Assembly (NCBI RefSeq): GCF_009914755.1
Contig: NC_060930.1
DNA length: 64,000 nt
Strand: one strand, 5' to 3'
Origin: the human T2T-CHM13v2.0 reference genome, Homo sapiens
This document shows, in pieces, positions 47,436 to 61,800 of this stretch (position 1 is the first letter of the stretch; the number at the start of each line of letters is the position of its first letter). A program made the translations under genes and the position numbers. The notes beneath the pieces were generated by a model. It was not told where the DNA came from and ran no database searches. It saw only the letters and a program-made list of their open reading frames with translations.

Positions 47436-49199
47436 CTTTCAGCATCGCTGCGTTTTCTCTGCCACTTCACCCTAAGGATGGGGTCAAAGTTGCTTCTGCT
47501 TCTCTTGATAGAGGCTCTCTTCAACTCCCTACCACTCCTAATTCTCAGCCCTTGCAGTTTCCTGCAGTGGAACACGAAGTTCCAAAGAGATGGTTCCAGG
47601 TGAATGCACAGCTGTGTTCCCACCTCCTGATCCTGTCTCCAATGAGTGACACTGGGCCGTTCTTCAAGATCTCTCCTTAACCCCCTCTTCCAAGACAGGA
47701 CCAAACCCCACACTTGAGCACTGGGCTCCCCTGCTCTCTTCCCTGATGCCACCCCACTCCCACAGGGCGTGGCCCCAGCAGAAGACAGCTTCAGCCTGTT
47801 TTATTGACTCTGGGTGTGACAGGAACAGAGATTTTGAAGGCCTCTTTGCCCTTTTCCCTAGAGAGTAGGTGGCTTTGCCCCTGAGCAGCAATCCGCTGAA
47901 CCCATCTGAGCCCAGCTCAGCCCTCTGTGGCAGAAGGAGCTTCCCGTGGAAAAGAGGAATCCCACTCCAGTGAGGAAGGAGAGGCACCCAACAAGGAGGC
48001 CCAGGACATGTGTCTCTCATCAAGGGCTGCCCCTCTGAGATGGTGCTGCAGGAATCCCGCCCTGAGATTGGGGTGTGGAGAGAATAGAGCCAATAGCTTC
48101 CTACTCTTCTACCATTTTAAAATCCCATCCTGCATTTCGACTTTCTCTCTGACCACAGTGATACTAAAGGTTTTCTGAATTTTGGAAAGGTCAAAATAAT
48201 AAGGTAAATGTCAACAAAATGAATATGTAAGGTGTGTATCCTCAGAATACTCTTTCTTTGGTAAATTGTAGTTTTATTTAAATGTGATCAGTTTTAGGTG
48301 ATACGGGGAATTTGCCTACCTCCTGCAGAAACTATCTTGATCTTATTAAATTAAATAAGATGTAACTAGGGAAGGGGGGAAAAAAGAGTGAAATCAGGCA
48401 TGGATCATTCCATCTGTGTAACCCGTAAAAGTCATAACAACAGTAAATGATACCAAAACCTCTCAGGCTGCCTACAGCCAATTCAATCTCAACTTCTACC
48501 ACCTAGGCTGAATGACTATAGCATACAGAGATGGCCAAGGGATTCTAGAACTTTCTAGAGCTACTTGCTCCTCCCCCTGTTTCAATGCAGTCATTGGTCA
48601 CTGCCCAGTGTGCACCTGGCACCTGACCAGTAGGGGGCACACGGGAGCAGTGTTGTGTATGAGCTCAGCTCAGGCACCAGCTGGTCAGGATGAGGCACCT
48701 CTACCTGGGCTCCACAGGAGAGCTAATTAGGTCATTGGATTCGATTCATCTTTTAAAAGTCTTTGAGAGTTTACTTGATTCGGATTTTTATTAAATCTCT
48801 TAACCAACTTTCGTCATTCTCAAATGCCAGTATAATTCTGTGAACACTCCAAACATTAGAAATACTTTTCTTATATTGTAAACAAATTCTGTTTATGTAG
48901 AAGATGGTTCTCTTTGGAAAAACAATGCCTGAAAGCTCTTCCAATTTAGCAAGGAAAATAGTCTGAGAAAAGAGAAATAGGTATGCAGGTACATGCCCCG
49001 CCTCAGCCCTCCCACACGTGGTCATTTTTGCTTGTTGAAAAATTAGACTTTAAGTAAAAAATGAAGCATCGAGAATGATCACTCATATAAAGGAGACTGT
49101 GCTTTTATGATATTGGCCTTTCTCTTCTGTTGATTGACTTTATTCCTATTCTTCATTTTTATGTTTCCTGTTGTCTGTTTTTCTCTTGTCTCACCTCCC

Positions 49200-49525
49200 A
49201 AGCTTTCTTTCCCTGGGCCTCCCGAGGGAGGTCTGATAACGCAAGAAGGATGAGAATGTGGGCGGGAGATGAGGGCGGGAGGAACTGCCCGGACCTGTCA
49301 GCCTTGGGTGTAGCACCTGCAAGGAGGACATGATTCTCCTGCGGTGACAGCCTGACCGGGCCCCCCACCCACCAAGGCAGGACCACGGCGACCTGGGGAG
49401 CATGCTGCCAGCAGCTATGGTGGGGGCTTTGGTCAGAGGATGGAGGAATCGAAGCTCTCCTCAAAGGGCTGAGTCAAAACTTCTTATCCGACCGAGCCAA
49501 GATGGAATTGCAATTCAGGGTATGT
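49200..49525 (+). promoter_or_regulatory. Candidate promoter/first exon
   Basis: CpG-enriched; GGGCGG at 49260 and 49273, TGATAA 49234, GCTGAGTCA 49468, GCCAAGATGG, donor AGG|GTATGT at 49519/49520. Confidence 0.45.
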
Positions 49526-50837
49526 TTGACACCTTGATGTGATTGTGTGGCCCTTTGTAAAGGGTTCAGAGGGTGATCATGAGCTTATAAGCTTTTCTCC
49601 ACCTTCAAATGGAATTGACAAATCCAGAATCTGTTTTTTTCCTCAGGTTATCATAAATTGTGACTAATTTTACTTGTGGGAGGTCTATTTTCCTTTCCTA
49701 ATCAAAGACTTCAGTAGTCACGTAATACCTTCAGTAGTCACATAGTAAAAGATTATTACTACCTTCTTTTTTTCCAGAGCTTTTACTTTAAGATGGAATT
49801 CTTGTTCTGTGGTATTTGTGTTTGCCTAGTAGGATGAAAAAGGTATACTGGCTTTTGGCAAATTTTAGTCTAAATTGCATCACTTTATTATGTCTGGAAT
49901 GGGAGATGTGGAGAGTACTTAATTTCTGGGTTTTCTCAGTAATTCTTTTTATTTTCTGTTTTGTTACTATCGTTTTGAGGCAACAATAGAACTAGTGACA
50001 AAAATATAGCTTTCTTGTTAACTTAGTTCAAAGGGTTATTATGGCCTTTTTCTGAAATAAATTTTCATTAGAATGAAATACTTTGGAAATACCTGACCTC
50101 GTTCTCTTCTGTCTGGACCTTGGACTCCTTAATGGTACTTACTAGAAGGGAGCTCTTTGGTCTTGCCGACGATGGACCCATGGGAGGAACACAGTGCCAG
50201 CTGAGGAAGCAAGTCTGAGCATAGAAGTCATAGACTCCCAGGGGCTCTCAGAGCTGGCCTGCTGCCCCTCCATGCTCTCATCTGACCCCACGCCCTGAGA
50301 GTCTCCTAGGGAGTAAACACGAGTGTTCTTGCATTTCAACAAATATGTATTGAAAGCAAATATATACCAGACATTTTTTTAGGCAGCGGCATGCTCTGAT
50401 CTATAGCTAATCTACTTTTAAGAGGTATAAAAAACAAATGTTATCATCTGTTTTGTTTGGACAGTGGTTTCCAGCCATACTTTTCAGGCTGGCTATATTC
50501 AAGAAGAGTCCAGCCAAGAAACTCTTTTGAAAATAGCCTGATAAGTATTCACTGCAAAATAGTAAATTTGTCATTTAACCAGGTATCCAAACGAGACAAG
50601 GCTGTTCTATGTTCTTAACTGCCAAAGGATGAGTGATTATTTGTAAAACCTAGGCATTCCGTAAGAAGTGCGAATCACAGTATTTAAAAAATTAATCATC
50701 TGATTTTGCTCCTTTGCTTCTCAGATGAGAAAACAGAGCTCAGGGAAGTTGATTACTGAGCTTCAGGCAGCACAGTCAATAAAGTGGCAAAGCAGGCCTG
50801 GAATCACATGTCCCAGACTCTTAATCTTACATTTTCT

Positions 50838-51161
50838 TCCTTTGTTTTTTTTTTTATTTTATTTTTTGAGAAGGAGTCTCACTCTGTCACCCAGGCTGGA
50901 GTGTAGTGGCGTGATCTTGGCTCACCGCAACCTCCGCCTCCCGGGTTCAAGTGATTCTCATACCTCAGCCTCCTGAGTAGCTGAGATTACAGGCATGCTC
51001 CACCATGCTTGGCTAATTTTTGTATTTTTTAGTAGAAACAGGGCTTCACCATATTGGCCAGGCTAGTCTTGAACTCCTGACCTCAGGTGATCCACCTGCG
51101 TTGGCCTCCCAAAGAGGCCTTCTCTCTTTGGGATTACAGCCATAAGCCACCAAGCCCAACC
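50838..51161 (-). mobile_element. AluS carrying a small palindromic insertion
   Basis: Antisense Alu; near-identical TSD ttaatct(t/a)acattttct. Confidence 0.93.
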
Positions 51162-51289
51162 ATTTAATCTAACATTTTCTCTCTTATCTCATACTCTCCT
51201 GATAAATTTGACAAATTTCTGTAACAATATTCAGAGCTTTGCAAGGTAACAAAGTAAAAACATAGTAAAAACTATGCTAACATGTAAGA

Positions 51290-51763
51290 GATTTTTTAAA
51301 AAACAGTGTCTTGAGATATAATTCAGGTGCCACACAATTTACCATTTAAAGTGTACAATTCAATGGTTTTTGGTATATTACATTATTTACTTTTTAAGCT
51401 GTGGTAAAATATACATAACATAAAATTTGCCATTTTAACCATTTTAAATGTGCAATTCAGTGGCATTAGTTGTATTCACAATGTTATGCAACCATCACCA
51501 GTATTTTTATAACTTTTTATCACCCCAAACAAAAATTCTGTAACCATTAAGCAGTAACTCTGTTCTCCTCTTGTCCTGTCTTTGATAACTTCTAATCTGT
51601 TTTCTGTCTCTATGAATTTGCCCATTCTCCTCTGGGAATTTACTAGACATTTTGTATGAGTGGAATTATCTAATATTTGTCCTTTTCTGTTTGACTTATT
51701 TCACTCAGTATAGTATGTTCAAGACCCATCCATATCAGAAGTTCATTTCATTTTATGACTAAT
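51290..51763 (-). mobile_element. L1MB 3' end fragments
   Basis: gtggtaaaatatacataacataaaatttgccattttaaccatttt...cagtggcattag...accatcacc. Confidence 0.85.
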
Positions 51764-51942
51764 GAGATGGTCTGTTCTAATTCCCTTTTATTTCATTCTC
51801 TCTCCTTTTAGTACACTTGAATTTCCAACCTGGTCATGAAATCCTTTAAGTATTTTTCAACCTACTGGTATTTTTATATTTAAGTTATTTAAATATAACT
51901 TAAGTGTGAAGAGACTCTTAGGAAGGTATTTCTTTTCAGTTA
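51670..51942 (+). repeat. Donor copy of 273 bp local duplication
   Basis: About 11 substitutions and no gaps versus 53628-53900. Confidence 0.95.
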
Positions 51943-52096
51943 GTTCTTTAAAGGCAGGAACCATATGTTAATCTTTGTTAAAAAAATCTTTTTGTCTCTA
52001 ACATTTAGTCCAGGACCTGGCATAGAAAAAATACTTAACAAATTTATCCTGAGATGGACAGATGGATGATTCTTAAGGTTTTACTTTTATGTTTCA

Positions 52097-52486
<390 letters not shown>

Positions 52487-52714
52487 TTATAGTTGCAATT
52501 GTTTCCCACTCCATAGAATTGGTAAATATAAAATGGCCATGTGTTGAATATTATAAGCATTTTACTGTACCATGTCAGAAGTGAACTCAGGAAATCTGAC
52601 AATGGCTAGTTCCTGCCTTTAGTGACCTTTTGATGGTGTTTATTACTGAGGGTGATGGGAGTCTCCTGGCTGCTCAACAGTGTGACTTGAGACAGGTTCT
52701 TTAAACTCATAACT

Positions 52715-52885
52715 GTTATTTATTTTATTTTGGATTTTTTTAAATTTTATTTTTCCATAAGTAATTGGGGGTACAGGTGGTATTTGGTTACATGAGTAAG
52801 TTCTTTAGTGGAGATGTGTGGGATCCTGGTGCGCCCATCACCCAAGCAGCATACACTGCACCACATCTTGGCCCCACCAACATCG
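52715..52885 (-). mobile_element. Short L1PB 3' end
   Basis: ccataagtaattgggggtacaggtggtatttggttacatgagtaagttctttagtgg. Confidence 0.8.
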
Positions 52886-53627
52886 TTACTGTTTCTCGGT
52901 GCTGGGCTCAGGAACTGACAGCAGTCAACCGAAACAGAAGCTGCTACTACTTCAAGAAGGCTTTTCATACCTCACTAGAGTGAGGAAACGGAACATAGAG
53001 GTTTATTTCAGTGGTTCATAGTTTTCACCTCCAAATATCAAATGTAACTATACTTCTCTAGTGCTTCTGTCCAAATAAAGTAAGCATGCATATATTTGTG
53101 TATGAGTAGCCTGCCATTCAGCACACTAAGACATGCCCTTCCTGGGCTTCAGCTATTCCAAAAGGTGTGGAGGATGTGAGAGGAAGGGTGCAAAATGAAA
53201 CTCTGGATTAGGAGTGAAAATTATCATAGGATGTCTTTACTGGAGATGATTTCCCCACTCACTCTCTCAAAGATCTAATCAGGAACAAACATTTGCACGT
53301 TTTATGTTGCAAACAAGTTATTTGGTTTGTTGAGTGAAATCACGGTTATTTTCGTGCCTGTGTGATTTCAGGAATTCTGTTCTCCTGCTTTTGGAAAGCT
53401 GCTTCAGCTCACAGATCCCTGCCTCCTGTGAACACTGGAATGTGGGCTGTGTTGCTCTTCCGCAACCCAGCGCATGCATTGTTCACTTTCCCCATAGTCC
53501 TCCCTCATCTGGATGATGAACCCAGTTAGATCTCCATGGCCTGATACTCTCTAAATCCACCATGGCGGTTGTCCTACACAGAGTTGGCACACAGTGAATA
53601 TAGCAGTGACTTCAGAAACCTGAAATA

Positions 53628-53900
53628 CTAATATTTATCCTTTTCTGTTTGACTTATTTCACTTGGTATAGTATTTTCAAGACCTATCCATATCAGAAGT
53701 TCATTTCTTTTTATGACTAATGAGATGGTCTGTTCTAATTCCCTTTTATTTCATTCTCTCTCCTTTTAATACACTTGAACTTCCAACCTGGTCATGAAAT
53801 CCTTTAAGTATTTTTCAATCTACTGGTATTTTTATATTTAAGTTATTTAAATACAACTTAAGTGTGAAGAGACTCTTAGGAAGGTATTTATTTTCAGTTA
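53628..53900 (+). repeat. Inserted copy of 273 bp local duplication
   Basis: Copy of 51670-51942 flanked by acttcag at 53609-53615 and 53902-53908. Confidence 0.95.
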
Positions 53901-54596
53901 TACTTCAGGGATGAGTGAAATAATGTTATAAAGGACAGAGCCTGGTTTTTATATATGGCCTGTGTAATCTGTCTTGATGCTTTGTAAGCCAAACCAGATA
54001 CTTAAGTTATTATTGCTTTTTACATTTCAAAGGCCTACAGACTACCATTGGCCTAAATATAAAATAATAATTTCTGTCTGTAGAGCTGTACACCCTGTAG
54101 TCGAAAAGAAAGCCCTTCCTTCCTCATTTCTTAATGACAGCCTATAATCATCTCTGAGCAATTTTTAAGATTTTTTCTAAACCACCATTTCCGTCATTAT
54201 GTCAGCTGGGGAAGAGCCTCTTCTTCTATCAATAGAATGGTTCTCATTCCTTCCCAAGTCCAACCACCCACCTTGTGAGAAGGGGTCATTGTAAATCTCA
54301 GCCAACTTTCTTTTTCAACAATGATGTTAGGAGAAATGTCAGATGATAAAATCAGTTAATCACCAAATATTTACTGAGGACTTGGGAAAAGTTTTGGGGA
54401 GCCATTGGAGAGAATATGACTGAACCACTGTAAGTTCTACCCAAACTGTGTTTCCTCATTCACTTCCAGCCTAGGCTTGAAGGAACAAGAGACCAGGGGT
54501 GGATCCAGGTTCCTGTCCCGCTGGGACATGGCCCATTTCCTTTGTTAGGCCTGGGAGCAGTTTGAGGAAGCCTGGTTAGGCATCTGTCAATCCCAA

Positions 54597-54664
54597 CTGA
54601 AGTCACTTTTTATATGGGGTGAGGAATTTTTAACCTCACCCCATATAAGGCCTAGCAACTTCAG
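54597..54664. repeat. Inverted repeat/hairpin with a perfect 15 bp stem
   Basis: TTATATGGGGTGAGG (54610-54624) and CCTCACCCCATATAA (54634-54648); outer ctgaagt/acttcag pair. Confidence 0.9.
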
Positions 54665-55572
54665 GCATGAGTAAAATAAAGACAGAGAAATTGCACATCA
54701 CAACTTAATGTTTGTTGTGTTTATGTACTGAAAGTATTTTATGTTTGTAAACTCAAAATTAACCCATTTTATAAATAATGGCAATGACTATAATGCTTTA
54801 AAATAATTTACTGTATCTGTCACTCTTTTCTGATGGAATTTAATAGACTCTTGTACTCTTAGTTTACTTCAGATCAACAATACAACTCTTTTCCCAGATT
54901 TCTTCATAATTAACTATGTAATTATCATTTGATAAAAGCCTCTTATTTTAATTAGAATAATATGATCATGGGCTGATGATTCAATAAATATTCACTGAGC
55001 AGCTGCTATGTGGAAAACTAATGGCATGCTGGAAAGAAAAGAATTTTTCCTAAGGCTTGTCCTTGACCTCAAAAAAAGCATATGTGATCTAGAGAAGACA
55101 AATTTAAAGAAATGCTGCAAGTATAATATGAATAGGCAGAATTAAATAATTACTAAATGAATATCAGAGGGAAAAAAATGCTAATTTTAAGGGAGAGTAT
55201 AGAGTAAGCAGAATTTGAATGGAGCCTTCCAAACCATTGAGGATACTTTCAACTCTGAAATTTAGGCCAAGAGAAAGTAAGTACTTGCTTTTGTCACACT
55301 TTCAGTCTCTTTTAACTCATGAAGTTTCTACTAAGTCAAACTGAAATTAATTAGTTACACTGTCAGAGCGAGTGCATTGGTGATTTCTCTGTGTAGAAAA
55401 CAGTAGAAAGGCCATCCAAGGGCAGGCGTTAGCATAAGCAAAGGCACAGAGGAATGAAAGCAAATGACATTTGGGGGAATGTTGAGATGTCCATATGGCT
55501 GAAGTTCCAGGTCAGAACATAGAAGGCCTTAAATGTCAAGATAAGGAGCTTGGATTTAATATGTAGACCTCA

Positions 55573-55857
<285 letters not shown>

Positions 55858-56734
55858 TTATTTGGTGTCTCTCTGCTTCCTGGAAGTCGCTTCTCAACTT
55901 TTGGCTTCTCTCTCTGATCATTCTAACTCTGGGACTTGGAAGCTCTTGTGTCAGCAAACAAAATCCACAGCAGCTTCCTTCTACCCTTTGAATGATCAGC
56001 CAGTGATTCAAATTGCCCTTGGAATAATCTCTGAATTCCCTGGGATAGACTCTGAGGTCCTGCATCAGTAACCACCCTCTCTTTGGTCACACTGGAGCAC
56101 AGCTCCGTGGTTCAGGCTAACCACTCCCCCATGTGTTTCGTCTCTCCTGGCCTGGCTCTGTTCTCCAACACTTGGCTGCTTTCTCACCCGCTCTAAGCAC
56201 ATCCTCACCCATCACCTCCTTCCAGAGCCAGCTCGATACCCAGCCCTTGGGAAAGCATATATGGCCCATGTTGTTATGTTCATAAATCATGCACCAATCA
56301 TGCATAAATCATACATAAATCTTTGCACAAGGCTATGAGAGGAATGCACAGTCATGAGTGGCCCAGGTCAGGAGGCAGGGACCTCATGACTACCTCGAGA
56401 GGCAGAGCAAAATGGCAAAAGATGCAAACAGCGCTTCAAGAGAATGGAAGCTGTGTCGCGTGATAGTTTAGAAGTCATTCCCAGCCAAGTCGGTACAGGC
56501 TTTGTGTATAGTTATTGCTTCCCTCATCTTCATCTTTGTATATGCTTCTGGGAGTTTACATGGGAGGCTTTGAATCCTTGACTGTGATCCATTCAAAGAC
56601 AGGCAGCATGGATCTAGTTTATAAGAACCTTTGCCAATGAACATGGCAGAATTTTCTGTTTTATGTCTGCCATTAGTTGTTAGGTGGGGACTGTCCCTGT
56701 CCTGGCATGCAGGACTCTGCTACCGGAAATTATT

Positions 56735-57310
<576 letters not shown>

Positions 57311-58034
57311 ATTATTAAGTAGTCCTCATGACTGTGTGATTACCATCTTTTTAAGTGTTTTCTAGTCAATTCCTAGTAACTGGAGCTGTAGTTCTTAGTA
57401 GCTGGAGTTATCAACATATCTGCCTTCTGTGCTAGTAAATTTTTATACATCTAAAGTTTTAAAACCTCTGCATAAACATTCCCCCTGGAAAACTAGAATC
57501 AATGGTATTTTATTATTCCTACATTGACATTTTAATAGCCAAGAATGGCTTTTAAAAGAATTAGGAAGACACATGGCATCTGTCAGTCTTGATATCATAG
57601 TTCCTGTTATGTTTCTGTTTCCATGTGAACCCTGTTTTTTCAAAAGTTTGTAAGTCTTTTGCTCCATGGTGAGATTCAGCAACAAGTTTCTATTCCAAAG
57701 AACAATATTTGTCCTACTTAAACCTACTCTGATTTCCATTTTCTTTGCTCAATGGTTTGTGCTTCTAGAACTTGAGTTCTGTTTGATGTTTTTGCAAATA
57801 CAATTTTTCATATTTGGTAATTTTGAAAAACTTAAAAGCTCCAAGTCTAGCACGTTGTCCTTTGATTTTTAGGTAGTGAGCTGCTTAATTTGGTTTTAAT
57901 TTAAGATAAGGGTTTAGAAAATATTAGGAATTCACTAGAAATATATCTCTGTTCTACAAACTAGGATCCTAGGCTGTATTGGGTGTTTCTTCCTTATAGA
58001 GAAAAGAGCTGATTCTACTTTCCTTGAAAATTTA

Positions 58035-58225
58035 AAGTATAGGGCAGTGGTTAAGAACACTAAAATCCTGGCTCTTCTACTTAACATTTGTGTGATCTTG
58101 GACTTGTGTAGCTTGCCTAAGCCTCGAATTACCCATCTTTCAAACGGGAACAATGGAATTCTCCTGAGGACTGGATGAGACCATGTATGTCAGTTGCTTG
58201 CAGCAGTGCCTAACAAATATGCACA
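58035..58225 (+). mobile_element. MIR
   Basis: gcagtggttaagaacac...aatcctggctct...tgtgtgatcttggac. Confidence 0.6.
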
Positions 58226-59284
58226 CCAAAAAAGTCAAAAGAAAAACAAACAACAAACAAAAAAGCCATGCACACCCAAATGGACATTATTATTGTTTCA
58301 CAGAGGTCTGACTCCAGAGTTTCTCTCATGAGCTGTATTTCTGGTTGCTGATATTTTCTTGTAACAAGATGGGCCCTCCTTGAATGGAGGAGGATTTTGT
58401 GTCGTAAATAGCTGTGAAATGACTAAGTAGATGTTGTTAAGTCATACTCGTCAGGAAGAAAGGGCAGGAAAATATAAAAATAATTCAGACCTAGAATCTT
58501 TACCTTAAAAATGTTAATTTTTTACTTTCTTGGCCACTTTCACAACAAGTCAAATGAAATGGAGATATTCTTTATAGAAGTTACATGGAGGGGGCAGAAG
58601 ACTGGTATCCAAAACCCTAGCTCTATATCAATGTTGTAATGAGGAAGAATTCAGATCAAAGAGACTATTTTAGGATGTCTTCCCTCTGTCAATAGTTCTT
58701 AAAGTCCACATATCCTTTAAATGATTTATTTGACAGCTTAGGTTGAAAGTCCCTGGGAAGCCTGGCAGAGGAACTCGTCCTTAGGCCAGGAGACCCAGGG
58801 TAGAGCTGCAGCCAGGGAGAAGCAGAGGGCTCTTTGAGCGACGTCTGCTTCCCCCTCTCCCTGAAGCCCAAAGCCACTTCAGGGCCTGCAGCGATGGCAG
58901 CCTGCCAGCTTCAGAAGAAAATCTGCAGTTTTCCATTTGAAATTAGAGGATGACACTTAGACATTTGATCATCTTGCATTAAACACCGTGAATATCTCAT
59001 TACACACACACACGGCACGCACGCACTTTCTCCCTTCTTCAAGAATGCATTAGCATTGGTTCTGGTGGTCTGTTCTTCTTCAGCCCCGTTAATCTGACTT
59101 TGTGGGTGTGTTTCATAACAACAGCGGCTCCATGCAAACTGCACAAAAGGAATCTTCAACCAACCAGAAGTTGGAAATGAATAATTGGTTCATGAGCATA
59201 ATTTTACAAGTGATTTTTTTTAAAGTCTAGAGATACCAAAAATTATTTGTGAGAGGGAAAATGTCTCAAGGTAAGTATATTTTA

Positions 59285-59759
<475 letters not shown>

Positions 59760-60563
59760 TTACAAACAATTTGTAAATTCTCAACCTTTAAGAAGGTAGA
59801 TAAAATGGTAAAGTTTCCATTGCTGAGTGCTACCAAAGAGCTTGTCATGTTGTAGGCAATGGAGAGAGCAGTGAGCTTGGACTCAGTCCTGTGCCTAGGA
59901 AGACTATCTTAGCTCTTGAAGCTTCCTTGGAATTTTTGCAAGGTCGTGGAGCTTAAGGCACTAGCCTTAAAGAAGCGAACCCTGAGTGGGGGAGATTTAA
60001 GGACAGGCAACTGGGAAGTAAGTCGGGTGCCTGGGAATTGGGCAAGTGGTCCTGGTGTGGTCCTGAACAAGCTTCTCCTAATTGAGAATCTCGCTGAGGG
60101 CCGGCCCTGGGAGGGGAGCCCAAACCAGAAGTTTGGTTGGTCATTCAGAATTCAGATGGTCCCAGCAGGGGCATCAGCTTTTTGTGTACAACTGGAAGAG
60201 AGTTTGGCTTCTCCATGTATTGAGACATCTGTTTACTCTGGCCAGCCTCCTGCTGGAAGATTGACACAGACAGTCCCATGCTGTGCAAAGGGAAGATGCT
60301 GTGTTTTGGTTCCTAATACCAGAGCAGCTTTCTTACAGTGAGGAATCACAAATGTCCCCACATCACTACCTGCTTAAGAAAGTGATTCTGGTCCTCTTTG
60401 ATAGATCCTGAAGAATCTGCTTAAGAGTTTCTGAAGACATTTTGTTATTCTGGCAGTGGTGTTTTTTTTGTTGTTGTTGGGTTTTTTTTGTTTGTTTTTA
60501 AAGAATGTTATGGATAAAGACCAAATGTTGGCTAATGCATCAAACAAGTAGATCAGTTGTAAA

Positions 60564-60900
60564 GTATGGGTTGAAATGCTTGGGACCACAAGTGTTTTGG
60601 GTTTCAGATTTTTTTGGATTTGGGAATATTTGCTTTACATAATGAGATATTTGGGGGATGGGACCCAAGTCTAAACATGAAATTCATTTAGGTTTCCTAT
60701 ATACCTCATACATGTAGCCTGAAGGTAATTTTATACATATTTTAAATTTGTGCATGAAACAAACTTTTTGTTAAGTACTTACATGTAGTGTTTCCTATGT
60801 GTGCAGTTACCCACTTGGGAGTCATGTAGATGCTCAAAAAATTATGGATTTTGGAGCATTTTGGATTTTGGACTTTTGGATTAGGGACGCTCAAGCGGTA
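60564..60900. mobile_element. Tigger4/MER46-type DNA transposon
   Basis: gaaatgcttgggacc...gggatgggacccaagtctaaacatgaaattcattta...ggattttggagcatttt...ggattagggacgctcaa. Confidence 0.8.
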
Positions 60901-61609
60901 CCTCAGGTTATATCAATTTTGAAAGATACCAATGTTGATCACGTTATGACAATTTTGTTAGTTAAGGAAGTTGTTAGCATATAAAGGGTTTGACTACCTA
61001 ACCTGATTGCGTGTGTATACACTACTATATATACACACACACACACACGTACATGAAAAAGTATGCTCAAGGAAGACTATTTTGGCACTTTTAACAAATT
61101 GATTACACTATAACAATACAGTAACGGGAGCTGCTAGAGTATTTGGGGAAGTGAAACAAAACACAAGTACCTCCTGTAACGCAACTGTAGGCCAGACGAT
61201 ATATAAAGTTCTAAAGCTCTCCTTGTGTGTTCTTTTCCAACAGTTGTGCAGGTTGTTTGTATGTCTGGGCAGGGTTAGGTGGGTTTAGAATCTGTGTATT
61301 TTAAATTTCCAGTTCACCTCTTTAAAAGACGCTAAGTGTCTTCACTAATAAGCATTTGTATCTGCAAATGATTCAAAAACAGGTTGATTTGATTATAATT
61401 GTTAAGCTCAATCTCTGAAATACAATTAAGTTTGTTTAAGGGAGTTCTATTAATACCAATGCATTTGCTTAATATGTATCGTTTTCTCATAGCTGGTACA
61501 AAGGCATATTTCAAAGTAACATTAAATGAGATGAAATTGGTGATCTTGTTTGTTGCTTTTACATTACCTTTTTACGTCTTCACGACCAAAATATAACTGT
61601 CCTTAAAAC

Positions 61610-61800
61610 TGGTGAAATCTGAATGTACCCTGTGGACTGGACCAATGTCAGTTTCTGTTATTATACTACAGGTATGCAAGATGTTATTGTCGGGGGAAAC
61701 TGAGTAAAGGGTACAGGAGGGCCCTTTGTACGTTTTTGGTTTGGTTTTGTTTTTGCAGTTTCTTATAGATTTATACTTATTTCAAAATAAAAAGTGCAAA
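61610..61800 (+). mobile_element. L1MC-type 3' end
   Basis: ggtgaaatctgaat...accaatgtcagtttc...atgcaagatgtta...ggggaaactg...aagggtac...atttcaaaataaaaag. Confidence 0.7.
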
